Translations under genes and position numbers: made by a program | The notes under the pieces: model-generated | What the model was told of the DNA's origin: nothing | Databases searched by the model: none | Seen by the model: the letters and a program-made list of their open reading frames with translations, nothing else | In this document: in pieces, positions 47,475 through 56,913 of the stretch | How the letters are laid out: every line of letters begins with the position of its first letter | Numbering within the stretch: the stretch's first letter is position 1 | Assembly (NCBI GenBank): GCA_965242865.1 | Contig: CBDETK010000013.1 | Span: 2,560,001-2,624,000 of the forward strand | Length of the DNA stretch: 64,000 nt | From: Candidatus Latescibacterota bacterium | GTDB lineage: Bacteria > Latescibacterota > UBA2968 > UBA8231 | Reading direction: 5' to 3'

Positions 47475-48806
47475 ATGGACCAAAAAATCGCCACCTCCGG
47501 CTGGGGGCTGTACCCGTGCGTCGCCGCCTCGGTTCGGCGTGCGCGCTACCTAAGCGACCTGTGCCGCGCTGTTGCGGCCCCGATTTTGCCCCAAGGCAAT
47601 TGCCGGTCCTACGGCGACGCCTGCCTATACGAGCGCGTCGTCTCCACCCTGCCCCTCAAGCACCTGCTCGACTTCGATCGGCAGCGCGGGCTTTTGCACG
47701 CCCAAGCCGGCATTACGCTCGCCGAGATCATCCGCTTTGCCCTGCCCCAGGGCTTTTTCCCGCCCGTTACGCCGGGGACCAAGTTCCCCACGCTCGGCGG
47801 CTGCATTGCCGCCGATGTCCACGGCAAAAACCACCACGTCGAGGGGTCTATCGCCGCCTTTGTCGAGTCGCTGGACATGGTGTTGGCCGATGGCTCAACC
47901 GTGCGCTGCTCGCGCAGCCAGCGCGCCGATCTGTTTTGGGCCACGCTGGGCGGCATGGGCCTGACGGGGTTTATCTACGCGGCGACACTGCGGCTCAAAA
48001 AGGTGCCGTCGGCGTACATCCGGCAGCGCGCCATTAAGACGGCGAATTGGGCCGAGACGTACCGCGTTTGCCAAGAGACTCAGCAGCAGTACACCTATTC
48101 GGTCGCGTGGATTGACGGCCTGCAAACGGGCCGGCAGCTAGGGCGCGGTCACGTGTTGTTGGGGGAACACGCCAGCGCGAGCGCACTCAAGGGCAAGCCG
48201 CCCTTTCCCCTCCACGGCGCTAGCCGCTGGGCCGTGCCGTTTTCTGTGCCCAGCGGCATGCTCAATGCCCAATCCCTGAAGGCGTTTAACGCCCTTTACT
48301 ATCATCGCCAAGTGCGCCGGGCGACCGACGCGCTCGTCCACTACGACCCGTATTTCTATCCGCTCGACGCGGTCCGCGGCTGGAATCGCCTATATGGCCG
48401 CCGGGGCTTTTTGCAGTACCAAGTCGCCGTGCCAGCCGCCGATGGCGCGGAGGTGATCGGCGAGCTGCTCGGGCGCATTGCCCGCCAAGGCGTGGCTTCG
48501 CCCTTGGCCGTGTTCAAGACCTTTGGGACGCCGAGCGGCGGCCTGCTTTCCTTTCCCCTCGCGGGCTACACCCTCTCGCTGGACATCCCCTTGCGCGACG
48601 CTGGGACGATTCCCTTCTTGCGCACCCTGAACAAAACCGTCGTCGAGGCCAAAGGGCGCGTCTATTTGGCCAAGGACGCCATTTTGGAAAAGGAGGATTT
48701 CGCCGCCATGTATCCGCAGCTCGACCCATTCAAAGCGGTCAAGCGCAAATACGACCCGGAACACCGCTTCCGCTCCTGCCTGTCCGACCGCTTGGGGATC
48801 ACGTGA
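47475..48806 (+). CDS. DprE1-like FAD-binding oxidoreductase
   Basis: RSYGD, PVTPGTK, DVHGKNHH, YSVAWID and GRVYLAKD motifs. Confidence 0.88.
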   Translation: MDQKIATSGWGLYPCVAASVRRARYLSDLCRAVAAPILPQGNCRSYGDACLYERVVSTLPLKHLLDFDRQRGLLHAQAGITLAEIIRFALPQGFFPPVTPGTKFPTLGGCIAADVHGKNHHVEGSIAAFVESLDMVLADGSTVRCSRSQRADLFWATLGGMGLTGFIYAATLRLKKVPSAYIRQRAIKTANWAETYRVCQETQQQYTYSVAWIDGLQTGRQLGRGHVLLGEHASASALKGKPPFPLHGASRWAVPFSVPSGMLNAQSLKAFNALYYHRQVRRATDALVHYDPYFYPLDAVRGWNRLYGRRGFLQYQVAVPAADGAEVIGELLGRIARQGVASPLAVFKTFGTPSGGLLSFPLAGYTLSLDIPLRDAGTIPFLRTLNKTVVEAKGRVYLAKDAILEKEDFAAMYPQLDPFKAVKRKYDPEHRFRSCLSDRLGIT

Positions 48807-49528
48807 GGGCCTTGGTTTTAGGGGCCAAATCGGCGATTGCCCAAGCCATCGTCGAGCACCTCGATGGCTACGACTTTGCGCTGGCCGCCCGCCGGTGCAT
48901 CGATCTAGAGCCTTTTGCCGCGGACTTGCGGCTCAGACGCTCGTGCCGCGTAGAGCTGATCGAGTTTGACGCCTTGTACTTTGCAGCCTTGGCGGACTTG
49001 CCGCAACAGGTTCACGAGCGCGTCGGCCCCTTCGACTTGGTCGTCCTCGCCTTCGGCTACTTCGGCGACGCAACGCACGATACAGACGAGATCATCCGCA
49101 CCCTCAACACCAACCTCACCGGCGCGGCCCTCGCCCTCGCGCATTTGGCCAATTACCTAGAGCAAAAGGGCACGCCGGCCGGTATCATCGCGATCTCGTC
49201 CGTATCCGGCGACCGGGGCCGCCAAGGCAATTACGTCTATGGAGCGGCTAAGGGGGGGCTTTCGGTTTTCTTGCAAGGGCTACGCAATCGGCTGGCTAAG
49301 ACGCCGGTACACGTCCTGACCGTCAAGCCCGGGTTCGTCGATACGCCGATGACCGAGGGGCGGCTAGACGGGCTTTGGGGGGTCGCTACGCCGGACAAAG
49401 TGGCGGCCGACATCGTGCGCGCCTATCGGCAAAAGAAGGATGTGCTCTACACGCCGTTTTTTTGGCGTTGGATCATGCTCGCGGTCCGAAGCATCCCCGA
49501 GCGCATTTTTAAGAGGCTGAAGTTGTGA
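48803..49528 (+). CDS. DprE2-like short-chain dehydrogenase
   Basis: SSVSGDRGRQGNYVYGAAK and KPGFVDTPMT motifs; coupled to the DprE1-like gene. Confidence 0.85.
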   Translation: MRALVLGAKSAIAQAIVEHLDGYDFALAARRCIDLEPFAADLRLRRSCRVELIEFDALYFAALADLPQQVHERVGPFDLVVLAFGYFGDATHDTDEIIRTLNTNLTGAALALAHLANYLEQKGTPAGIIAISSVSGDRGRQGNYVYGAAKGGLSVFLQGLRNRLAKTPVHVLTVKPGFVDTPMTEGRLDGLWGVATPDKVAADIVRAYRQKKDVLYTPFFWRWIMLAVRSIPERIFKRLKL

Positions 49529-49588
49529 CGAGTTGACATGGGTGCGCGTCCTCAACGCCGACGCGAGAGGATGAAGTGCTATTTGCAG

Positions 49589-49608
49589 AATAGAAATTCA
49601 TTTCTATT
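49589..49608. promoter_or_regulatory. Perfect inverted repeat AATAGAAAT-TC-ATTTCTATT, putative operator
   Basis: Ends 10 bp upstream of ATG 49618. Confidence 0.55.
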
Positions 49609-49617
49609 TTACCAAAC

Positions 49618-50751
49618 ATGATTTCTAGATTGCTCAAAAGGCAAATTGACGCGCAACTCGCGCGCTATCCGGCCGTGGCCCTGAGCGGAGCGCGCCAGAC
49701 GGGTAAGACGACCTTAGCTAAAGCATTCGAGGGCCATTATTTCGACCTAGAAAATCCCCGCGACCAACTGCGTCTCGACGTCACGTGGGAGGAGCGGATG
49801 GGAACGCGGGAATTGGTCATCCTCGATGAAATCCAAGCCATGCCCGAACTCTTTCCGCGCTTGCGCGCCGCCATTGACGCGGACCGCAAGCGCTGTGGTC
49901 GCTTCCTGATGCTCGGCTCGGTTGCGCCCGCCCTGATGCAGCGGGCCGGTCAGGCGCTCACTGGCCGCCTAGCCCAACTCACCGGCTTTTTGGCGCGGGA
50001 ACGGCCTGTTGAAGAGTGGGATCGCCTGTGGCAACGGGGGGGGTATCCCGACGGCGGCATCCTCGACGCCAGCCGCTTTCCCGACTGGCAGCAAAACTAC
50101 CTCGCGCTCATGGCCCAGCGCGACCTTCCCACTTGGGGCCTGCCGGCCCAGCCCGTGCTCATCCAGCGGTTCTTCCGCATGTTGGCCGCGCTGCACGGCC
50201 AGATGTGGAATGCTTCCCAACTCGGCAAGAGCTTGGGATTGAGTTATCACACCGTCAATACATACGCCGACTTCCTAGAGCAAGCCTTCTTGATTCGTCG
50301 GCTGCCAGCCTATACGGCGAACCTGCACAAACGCTTGGTCAAGCGTCCCAAGCTCTATTGGCGCGACACCGGCCTCTTGCATGCCTTGCTGGGTCTCGAC
50401 CGCGACCGCGATGTATTGGACCAGCCGTGGGTTGGAACGAGTTGGGAAGGATGGGTGATTGAGCAGCTATTAGGCCACCTGCAAAGCACGGGCCGCGCTT
50501 TTGAGGCGTTTTATATGCGGACCAGCGACCAGCGGGAGATCGACCTCGTGTTGGAGTATCGCGGCCACCGCTGGGCCTTTGAGATCAAGCTGAGCAGTGC
50601 CCCGGACGCGGCGGATCTGCGGCGTTTGCAAGACCATGCCGCGCTCGTCAGCGCCGACCGGGTCGCCCTAATCAGCCGCACGACCGAGCCGGTCTGTGGC
50701 AAAGCGGTCGCCTCGCTCAATCTGGCCGCGGCCCTCGATTGGCTGCTCTAA
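49618..50751 (+). CDS. AAA_14 ATPase with DUF4143 domain
   Basis: GARQTGKT, ILDEIQ, RGGYP, KRPKLYWRDTGL and EIDLV...FEIK motifs. Confidence 0.9.
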   Translation: MISRLLKRQIDAQLARYPAVALSGARQTGKTTLAKAFEGHYFDLENPRDQLRLDVTWEERMGTRELVILDEIQAMPELFPRLRAAIDADRKRCGRFLMLGSVAPALMQRAGQALTGRLAQLTGFLARERPVEEWDRLWQRGGYPDGGILDASRFPDWQQNYLALMAQRDLPTWGLPAQPVLIQRFFRMLAALHGQMWNASQLGKSLGLSYHTVNTYADFLEQAFLIRRLPAYTANLHKRLVKRPKLYWRDTGLLHALLGLDRDRDVLDQPWVGTSWEGWVIEQLLGHLQSTGRAFEAFYMRTSDQREIDLVLEYRGHRWAFEIKLSSAPDAADLRRLQDHAALVSADRVALISRTTEPVCGKAVASLNLAAALDWLL

Positions 50752-50900
50752 ACATCCCGTCATCCTCTTAGAAGCGGTCTGCTCCGCAAATTCTACCTTG
50801 GGGCGTGTTGAACAAGCCGTAGAGCCGGTGCTCGGCTCCTCAGTCCCTATCTGCCGCGTCGCCTCAACGCCATGCAAGCCGGGCCGGTGATCCTCCACGA

Positions 50901-52667
50901 CTACCAAACACCCAGCGCGAGGTACTTTGGAAACATCAACCCCCTAAGGAGGACTCGGGGATTTGAGCCATCCAAGTTGGCGCTCCCCACGTCACCCGGG
51001 ACCTGGTTCACAAAGGTACTCCCGTTCTGGTCCACCCAGTATATCTTTTCGCGCTCCGCATCCACCGCGATGCCCCATAGCTGCGTCACCCCCGCGGGGG
51101 TGACGACTTCGGCGTCTGAGCCATCCCCATCCAAGTCGGCCCGCTGAAGTCTAGTGCCCGTGGCCATGGTCCAGCTCACCCAGTATATCTTTCTGTTCAC
51201 CAAATCCAGCGCGACGCCCGATGCATTATTCGTGTTCGTGTTCGCAAGGAAGTCTTGGCGGTTTGAGCCATCCAAGTCGGCAGACTCAATCTTATTCAAA
51301 ACCCAGTCCGTCCAGTATATCTTTCCGCGCTCCGCATCCACCGCGATGCCCGTTGGAGTATTCAATGTCGAGGTGATGATGTCTGTGGGGGCTGGCGGGT
51401 CATCCAAGTTGGCAGACCCAATAGCGCCGGGGTTCTGGTCCGTCCAGTATATCTTTCTGTTCACCAAATCCAGCGCGACGCCCTGTGGCGAACCCAGGTT
51501 CGAGGCGATTCTTAGCGTGTCTGAGCCATCCAAGTTGGAACGCCGAATCGAACCGGCTGCCATCGCGTCCGCCCAGTATATCTTTCTGTTCGCCACATCC
51601 ACCGCGATGCCATTTGGATTACTTCCGTCGAGGTATCTTGGGATCCGACCATCGGATCGTACATGACCAAAATGAACTCGTGGCAAGGGGATGAAGGATC
51701 GGGCGACTGAGCCATCCAAGCTGACACGCCAAATCTTTGACCGTCTTTCTGTTCGGGGCGAATTTCTGTCACCGTCCGTCACGTATAGGGCGGGCCCTAC
51801 TGCTCCCTGCCCTTCATCCGGTTCTTCTGGATAGACCTGGACGGTTTCGACGCGGGGGTATTTTTCTAGTACCGCTTCGACGCGGAGGCCGCTTGTTATC
51901 GCGGCGGCGAGTTGTTGGTTGGCCGCGTGCTGGCTAAGGGCGTTTTCCATCACGCCCAGCCATTGCAGGTTGGTCAGGCTGGCCAACGGACTCACGTCCG
52001 CAATGTCGTTGTCACCTAGATTGAGAAATTGCAGATTGGTTAGGCCAGCGAACGGCTGTACATCCGTAATTTCGTTGCCCCACATATCCAGCGTGCGCAA
52101 GCTGATCAGGCTGGCCAGCGGACTCGCATCCGCCACCTTGTTGCCCCACAGCGACAACGTTTGAAGGTTGGTCAGGCTGGCCAACGGCTGCACATCGGTA
52201 ATCGCGTTGCCCCGCAGATACAGCGTTGTCAGGGCCGTTGCGTGTTCAAGGCCGGCCACGCTCTCAATGTTTTTATAGCTCGCGTCAAGTTCGGTTAGGG
52301 CCGCCAAGTCCGCCGGGGTCAGTGCTCCTTGCGGGCGATCCAGTGCCTCCCGCACCGCTCGCTCCAAATTGGCGTCGGCGAACTCCACGATGGCCGATTG
52401 GGTGCTGTCGGCGTCAGCGTCGGTCTGGGTGCTATCGGCGTCGGCGTCGGCGTCGGCGTCGGTTTGGGTGGTGTCGGGGCTTTCCCGGGCGGGCAGCCCG
52501 TCGGTAGCGGTGTAGGCGTCGTCGCCCAAGAACTCGCACAAGGAACAAGTGGCTTTGCCGGCTGGCCGAGAAGCCACCGGCGCGGAGTCTGAGCAGCCCA
52601 TCCAAGCAGCGACGATGCCCAAAAGGACGAGCGCAAACAGGGTTTTGAGAGATTTCAACGAAGTCAT
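50901..52667 (-). CDS. Lipoprotein with internalin-like LRRs and YWTD (LDL-receptor class B) beta-propeller
   Basis: Lipobox WMGC; FADANLERAVR cap; LxxLxLxxNxI repeats; KIYWTD/KIYWAD repeats; AAGGAG RBS. Confidence 0.88.
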   Translation of the reverse strand: MTSLKSLKTLFALVLLGIVAAWMGCSDSAPVASRPAGKATCSLCEFLGDDAYTATDGLPARESPDTTQTDADADADADSTQTDADADSTQSAIVEFADANLERAVREALDRPQGALTPADLAALTELDASYKNIESVAGLEHATALTTLYLRGNAITDVQPLASLTNLQTLSLWGNKVADASPLASLISLRTLDMWGNEITDVQPFAGLTNLQFLNLGDNDIADVSPLASLTNLQWLGVMENALSQHAANQQLAAAITSGLRVEAVLEKYPRVETVQVYPEEPDEGQGAVGPALYVTDGDRNSPRTERRSKIWRVSLDGSVARSFIPLPRVHFGHVRSDGRIPRYLDGSNPNGIAVDVANRKIYWADAMAAGSIRRSNLDGSDTLRIASNLGSPQGVALDLVNRKIYWTDQNPGAIGSANLDDPPAPTDIITSTLNTPTGIAVDAERGKIYWTDWVLNKIESADLDGSNRQDFLANTNTNNASGVALDLVNRKIYWVSWTMATGTRLQRADLDGDGSDAEVVTPAGVTQLWGIAVDAEREKIYWVDQNGSTFVNQVPGDVGSANLDGSNPRVLLRGLMFPKYLALGVW

Positions 52668-53032
52668 TTTTTGCTCCTTTATATGGTTGGGGAAGAAATG
52701 GTATGGAGGTTGGAAGAGGGGCATGACGCCCCAAAAGAGGCGGAGTTAGCCCTAGGGCTATCACTTGGAGCGCTCAGGATGTGCGCCCCTTGCTGTGGGT
52801 GCGCCTTTGCTGGTGTTCTGGCGGCGTCCGGGGCGAGGAGATTCCGCCCTCGGTCCTTGGCAGACGGGTTGCGGGGGTGGTGCAGTAAACGGGGATCTGC
52901 ATAAAGGCCGCACGGTGGCGTACGCTTGGGATCGTGCGGCCAGACCGACGCGACGCCCAATGGCCGCGCACGAGCCGTCGGCCGATGCTGAGAAGTAGAG
53001 AGTGTAGTGCTTGGTGCTAGCGGAGAATTTTC

Positions 53033-53075
53033 GGGGGGGGGGGGGGGGGTAAGTCGTTGTTTTTCAAGGACTTAC
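53033..53075 (-). promoter_or_regulatory. Palindrome GTAAGTC-TTG-5bp-CAA-GACTTAC plus C17 tract (copy B)
   Basis: G17 at 53033-53049; palindrome at 53049-53075. Confidence 0.7.
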
Positions 53076-53221
53076 GACACATTAAATCCGACGACGATTC
53101 CAAGCACTCAACAGGGTTTTGCCCCATAGCAAGGCCCCTGCCTGATATGAAATGCTTAACCATCGTCTCGTTCATCTCTCGTTCATCCGCCAACCAATGG
53201 TGCCAAATTTGCCGCTGTAAC

Positions 53222-53282
53222 GGGCAGGCACGGGGGCCTGCCCCAACGGGATTCTTACGGGCAGGCACGGGGGGCCGCCCCT
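53222..53282. repeat. Two GTAG-family REP-like units (GGGCAGGCACGGGGGCCTGCCCC)
   Basis: Tandem imperfect palindromes at 53222-53247 and 53259-53282. Confidence 0.65.
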
Positions 53283-53434
53283 GATTGTAGGTTCTTTGCC
53301 GTCGTCAAATAAAAGCCTAAACACAGAAGCCGCAACCGAATCACACAAAAAAATATAGTGTTCAGACAGCCAAAAGAAAAGTTCCGCCGAGCCATGTTCG
53401 ACGGAGCCTGTGCTGCAAGGGATATAGACGCTCC

Positions 53435-53755
53435 TCAGGTGCCCGGGGGCCGGTAGGGCACGCTTTTCCCGATGGCCTCGTCTATGGTTTCCGGGGCGAC
53501 CAGTACGGTAACGCTAATGTCGAGTGCGCCCGCGTTGCCGATGACCATGGACACGGCCGCGGCCGTTGCGTCGTCGGGAAGATCGGCAATGATATAGAGG
53601 TCTGGGGTGCCGAAGGCGTAGTACAGCGATTCCACGCTGCCGCCCATTTCCTCAATGGTCTGGGTTAGGGCCGCCCGTCGCCGCGTGCCGCCTTCCTTCA
53701 GCAAACCGGCCAGCCCGGCCTGCGTGTACGTCGCGCGAAACATGTATTTGCTCAT
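53435..53755 (-). CDS. GYD domain protein
   Basis: MSKYMFRATYT...GGSVESLYYAFG..D...YRPPG; GGAGG RBS. Confidence 0.85.
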   Translation of the reverse strand: MSKYMFRATYTQAGLAGLLKEGGTRRRAALTQTIEEMGGSVESLYYAFGTPDLYIIADLPDDATAAAVSMVIGNAGALDISVTVLVAPETIDEAIGKSVPYRPPGT

Positions 53756-53934
53756 TGGATTTCCTCCTTTTATCCAAGATGGCTTCCAACGTAAGCAGCA
53801 TTGGCACCTCGGTCAAACCGCAACGACGACCTTTTACCGCCGCGGTGAGATTGGGTTGACTTCACTCGGTAGTTTACCATGTTAGCCACTTGCGCGCTTG
53901 GTCAACTATCCGCCCGCCGAACTCGAGAACAGCC

Positions 53935-54636
53935 ATGCCCACGCTGATTGCCTTTGACGCCGACGATACCCTGTGGGAAAACGAGATTTACTTTGAACGG
54001 GTCATAGACCGCTTTAAGCATTTGCTGTCGCCCGATTGCGACCCGGCGTGGACTGAGCGGGAACTATACGAGACCGAAAGGCGCAACTTGTCTCACTTTG
54101 GCTACGGGATCAAAGGCTTCACCTTGTCCATGATAGAGACGGCCCTCGACCTGACGAAGGGAGCGGTAACCGGGCACCAAATCCGCCAGATTTTGGACTA
54201 TGGCAAAGAGATGTTGCAGATGCCCATTGAGCCGCTGCCCCACGTCGAGGAGGTGCTTACCGGCCTGTCCCGCACGCGGCCCCTGATGCTGTTGACCAAG
54301 GGCGACTTACTGGACCAAGAGGCCAAAATCGCCCGCTCCGGCTTGGCCGACTACTTCACTTACATCGAAATCGTCAGCGAAAAAGACGAGGAAACCTACG
54401 CGGCCCTGCTGCAACGCCACGGCATCCGGCCCGCCGACTTTTGCATGGTGGGCAATTCGCTCAAATCGGACATCCTGCCCGTCGTCGCTTTAGGCGGCCG
54501 TGCGGTCTATGTGCCTTGCCACACCACTGGGCCGCACGAACGCGCCGAGCCTTCGGAGGCCGAATGCCAGCAATTCCACCAAATAGCCCACCTAGGCGAA
54601 CTGCCCGGCCTGCTCGCAGAGCGGTTAGAAGCGTGA
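53935..54636 (+). CDS. HAD family hydrolase
   Basis: AFDADDTLW, TKGDLLDQ and MVGNSLKSD motifs. Confidence 0.9.
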   Translation: MPTLIAFDADDTLWENEIYFERVIDRFKHLLSPDCDPAWTERELYETERRNLSHFGYGIKGFTLSMIETALDLTKGAVTGHQIRQILDYGKEMLQMPIEPLPHVEEVLTGLSRTRPLMLLTKGDLLDQEAKIARSGLADYFTYIEIVSEKDEETYAALLQRHGIRPADFCMVGNSLKSDILPVVALGGRAVYVPCHTTGPHERAEPSEAECQQFHQIAHLGELPGLLAERLEA

Positions 54637-54677
54637 AGGGGCGGTCTTGCCGGCGGTGAATTTTGACCAAACGGGGT

Positions 54678-55010
54678 ATGTATCGTAAGGTGGCCAGCGC
54701 GCTCCTCAAAGCCGTGCATCTGTGGACCGACCGCGGCGAAGGGGATTTCGGCCTGTTCTTTTTGCGCGACAAGCAACAACGCGAAGTCGATTTCGTCGTC
54801 GTCCGCGACGGGCGGCCTTGGTTCCTAGTCGAAGTCAAACGCGCTGGTCGCGCCGCCCTTTCTCCGGCCCTACACCTATTCCAACGCCAGACGGAAGCGC
54901 CGCACGCTTTCCAAGTGGTGCTGGACTTGCCTTTTGTCGAGCGCGACTGTTTTGCCCACCACCAACCCATCATCGTCCCGGCGCAGACCTTGCTCTCGCA
55001 ATTGGTTTGA
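54678..55010 (+). pseudogene. Remnant of an AAA_14/DUF4143 gene (C-terminal part only)
   Basis: MYRK joined to ...FLRDKQQREVDFVV...LVEVK; no Walker motifs. Confidence 0.7.
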
Positions 55011-55108
55011 CCCAGCGATCTTGAAAGCACCTTGAGAAGGCAATACATTTTTGGCCGTAGAGCGAGCGGCCAACGGCCAGTCCACTAGCAGAGAAAGGAG
55101 CGTACACA

Positions 55109-56044
55109 ATGCGCGTGCTGATCACCGGCGGCGCGGGTTTCTTGGGGTCGCACCTGAGCGACCTTCTGCTAAGGGAAGGCTGCGAAATCATCTGCATGGA
55201 CAACTTCCTCACTGGCCGGCCCGAAAACATCGCCCACCTGCTCGACCACCCGCGATTCCAGTTTGTTCAATGCGATGTGACCAACGACATCCGCGTAGAT
55301 GGGCCGCTCAACTTCATCTTGCATCTCGCCAGCCCAGCGAGCCCGGCCGACTTTGAGCGGTTGGCCGTCAACATCCTCAAAGTCGGCGCGTTGGGCACGC
55401 ACAAGACCTTGGAGTTGGCCGTGGCCAAGCAAGCCAAGTTCCTGCTGGCCTCCACGTCAGAGGTGTATGGCGACCCCTTGGTACATCCCCAGTCCGAGGA
55501 GTACCTCGGCAACGTCAACCCCATTGGCATCCGCGGCGCGTACGACGAGGCCAAGCGCTTTGCCGAGGCCATGACCATGGCATACCACCGCTTGCACGGC
55601 ACGGACGTGCGCATCGTGCGCATATTCAATGCCTACGGCGAGCGCATGCGCCAAGACGACGGCCGGGCCGTGCCCAACTTCATCATCCAAGCCCTCAAGG
55701 GCGACGATCTGACGGTCTATGGCGACGGGCAGCAAACGCGCAGCATCTGCTATTGCAGCGATTTGATCGCCGGCCTCTACAAGCTCATGCTGTCCGAGGT
55801 GGTGACCCCGGTCAACCTCGGCAATCCCTGCGAAATCACCGTGCTCGACTTGGCCCGCAAGATCATCGCCATGACCGGGGCCAAGAGCCGCATCGCCTTC
55901 CGCGATTTACCGCAAGACGACCCCCGGGTCCGCCTGCCCGACATTGCCAAGGCCCAATCCCTGCTCGGCTGGACGCCCCGCGTGGGAGCGGGCGAAGGGC
56001 TGGGCCGGACGATTGCTTGGTTCAAGCGAGAATTGGAGAACTAG
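55109..56044 (+). CDS. UDP-glucuronate decarboxylase family (UXS-like) SDR
   Basis: [27 protein letters not shown] and YDEAKR motifs. Confidence 0.9.
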   Translation: MRVLITGGAGFLGSHLSDLLLREGCEIICMDNFLTGRPENIAHLLDHPRFQFVQCDVTNDIRVDGPLNFILHLASPASPADFERLAVNILKVGALGTHKTLELAVAKQAKFLLASTSEVYGDPLVHPQSEEYLGNVNPIGIRGAYDEAKRFAEAMTMAYHRLHGTDVRIVRIFNAYGERMRQDDGRAVPNFIIQALKGDDLTVYGDGQQTRSICYCSDLIAGLYKLMLSEVVTPVNLGNPCEITVLDLARKIIAMTGAKSRIAFRDLPQDDPRVRLPDIAKAQSLLGWTPRVGAGEGLGRTIAWFKRELEN

Positions 56045-56046
56045 CT

Positions 56047-56913
56047 ATGTGCGCCTTTGAACTGCGAGAAAACGCCCTCGGCCTTGAAATCCACGCGGGC
56101 AGCAAGTTGCTCGCCCTGTACCGCGCCACCGAGGAGCTGCCCCGCAGCGAATCCCCCAAGCCCTGCTTCGCGCCCCTGTACACGCTTTCCGGCCAGCTCG
56201 TGACCGAGTACCGCCCGCCCGACCACGCTTGGCACACCGGGCTGTACTTTGGCTGGGTCCACGTCAACGACGCCAACTTGTGGGGCGGGCCTTGGTACTT
56301 GCCAGAGAAAAAGAAATACGAATACGTCGCCGACAGCCACGGCGTGCAGCGGCACGACCGCTTCACGGCTTTAGCAGGGGCCTCGGCGACCGAAGTGCTT
56401 TCTTGGCTCGACGGCCGCGACCAACTCATGGCGGTGGAGTCGCGCTCTTTTGGCTTGTATAGCACGGCCGGCGGCTACTGCTTGCGGATATCCACGCGCA
56501 TTGAGCCGGCCGGCGACCGGCTGGTGATGGGCGCCTCGCGGGCGGCGCGGTACTCGGGGTTGGAATTGCGTATGGGGCCTTCCTTTGCCGAGGCCGACCA
56601 CTATTGCAGCGAGGGACGCCGAGGCCACGCAGACATCATGGGGCAGCGCGCCCGCTGGGTCGGGGCGAGCGGCAAACATGGCGGCTTTGTCGCGCTCATG
56701 GATCACCCCACCAACCCGCGCCACCCGGTCCCTTGGTTTACCCGCGCAAACTTGCTCGGCGCGGGCCTGCTAATGGAGGGCGACTTAGCGCTGGCGGCCA
56801 GCGAGTGCTTGGAACTCCACTACGCTTTCTTCGTCCTAGACCAAGACCCCGGCCGCGCCCAAATCGAAGCCTTGTACGCGGACTTTGCTGCTTCCCCCGG
56901 AGAATTGCCATGA
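56047..56913 (+). CDS. DUF6807 / 'PmoA-family' hypothetical protein (not a true methane monooxygenase)
   Basis: KP..APLYT.SG..VT...P.DH.WH.GL and DHPTNPRHP.PWF motifs. Confidence 0.65.
   Translation: MCAFELRENALGLEIHAGSKLLALYRATEELPRSESPKPCFAPLYTLSGQLVTEYRPPDHAWHTGLYFGWVHVNDANLWGGPWYLPEKKKYEYVADSHGVQRHDRFTALAGASATEVLSWLDGRDQLMAVESRSFGLYSTAGGYCLRISTRIEPAGDRLVMGASRAARYSGLELRMGPSFAEADHYCSEGRRGHADIMGQRARWVGASGKHGGFVALMDHPTNPRHPVPWFTRANLLGAGLLMEGDLALAASECLELHYAFFVLDQDPGRAQIEALYADFAASPGELP

Larger units (their letters stand above)
50767..53116 (-). repeat. Cassette copy B (full length)
   Basis: Leader, N-terminal coding part and trailer homologous to 35559-36452. Confidence 0.9.

Noticed and set aside
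51030-51610. Regularly spaced CCAGTATATCTTT and GAGCCATCCAAGT repeats as a CRISPR array or DGR
   Set aside because: These are the coding YWTD repeats of the 50901-52667 gene; no cas or reverse transcriptase genes are present.
53017-53268. 83-aa ORF as a real gene
   Set aside because: It is made of REP translation (VGAGPRACP) plus cassette leader sequence and has no RBS.
36443-54633. Recurrent CGCTTCTAA/TTAGAAGCG at accessory junctions (36443, 40008, 50768, 54625) as a shared att site
   Set aside because: Two hits are paralogous, and the word also occurs as plain Leu-Glu-Ala codons (20694, 54625). The match is post hoc and too short.
56047-56913. Methane monooxygenase
   Set aside because: It resembles the soluble family misnamed 'PmoA'; there are no TM helices and no pmoBC genes.
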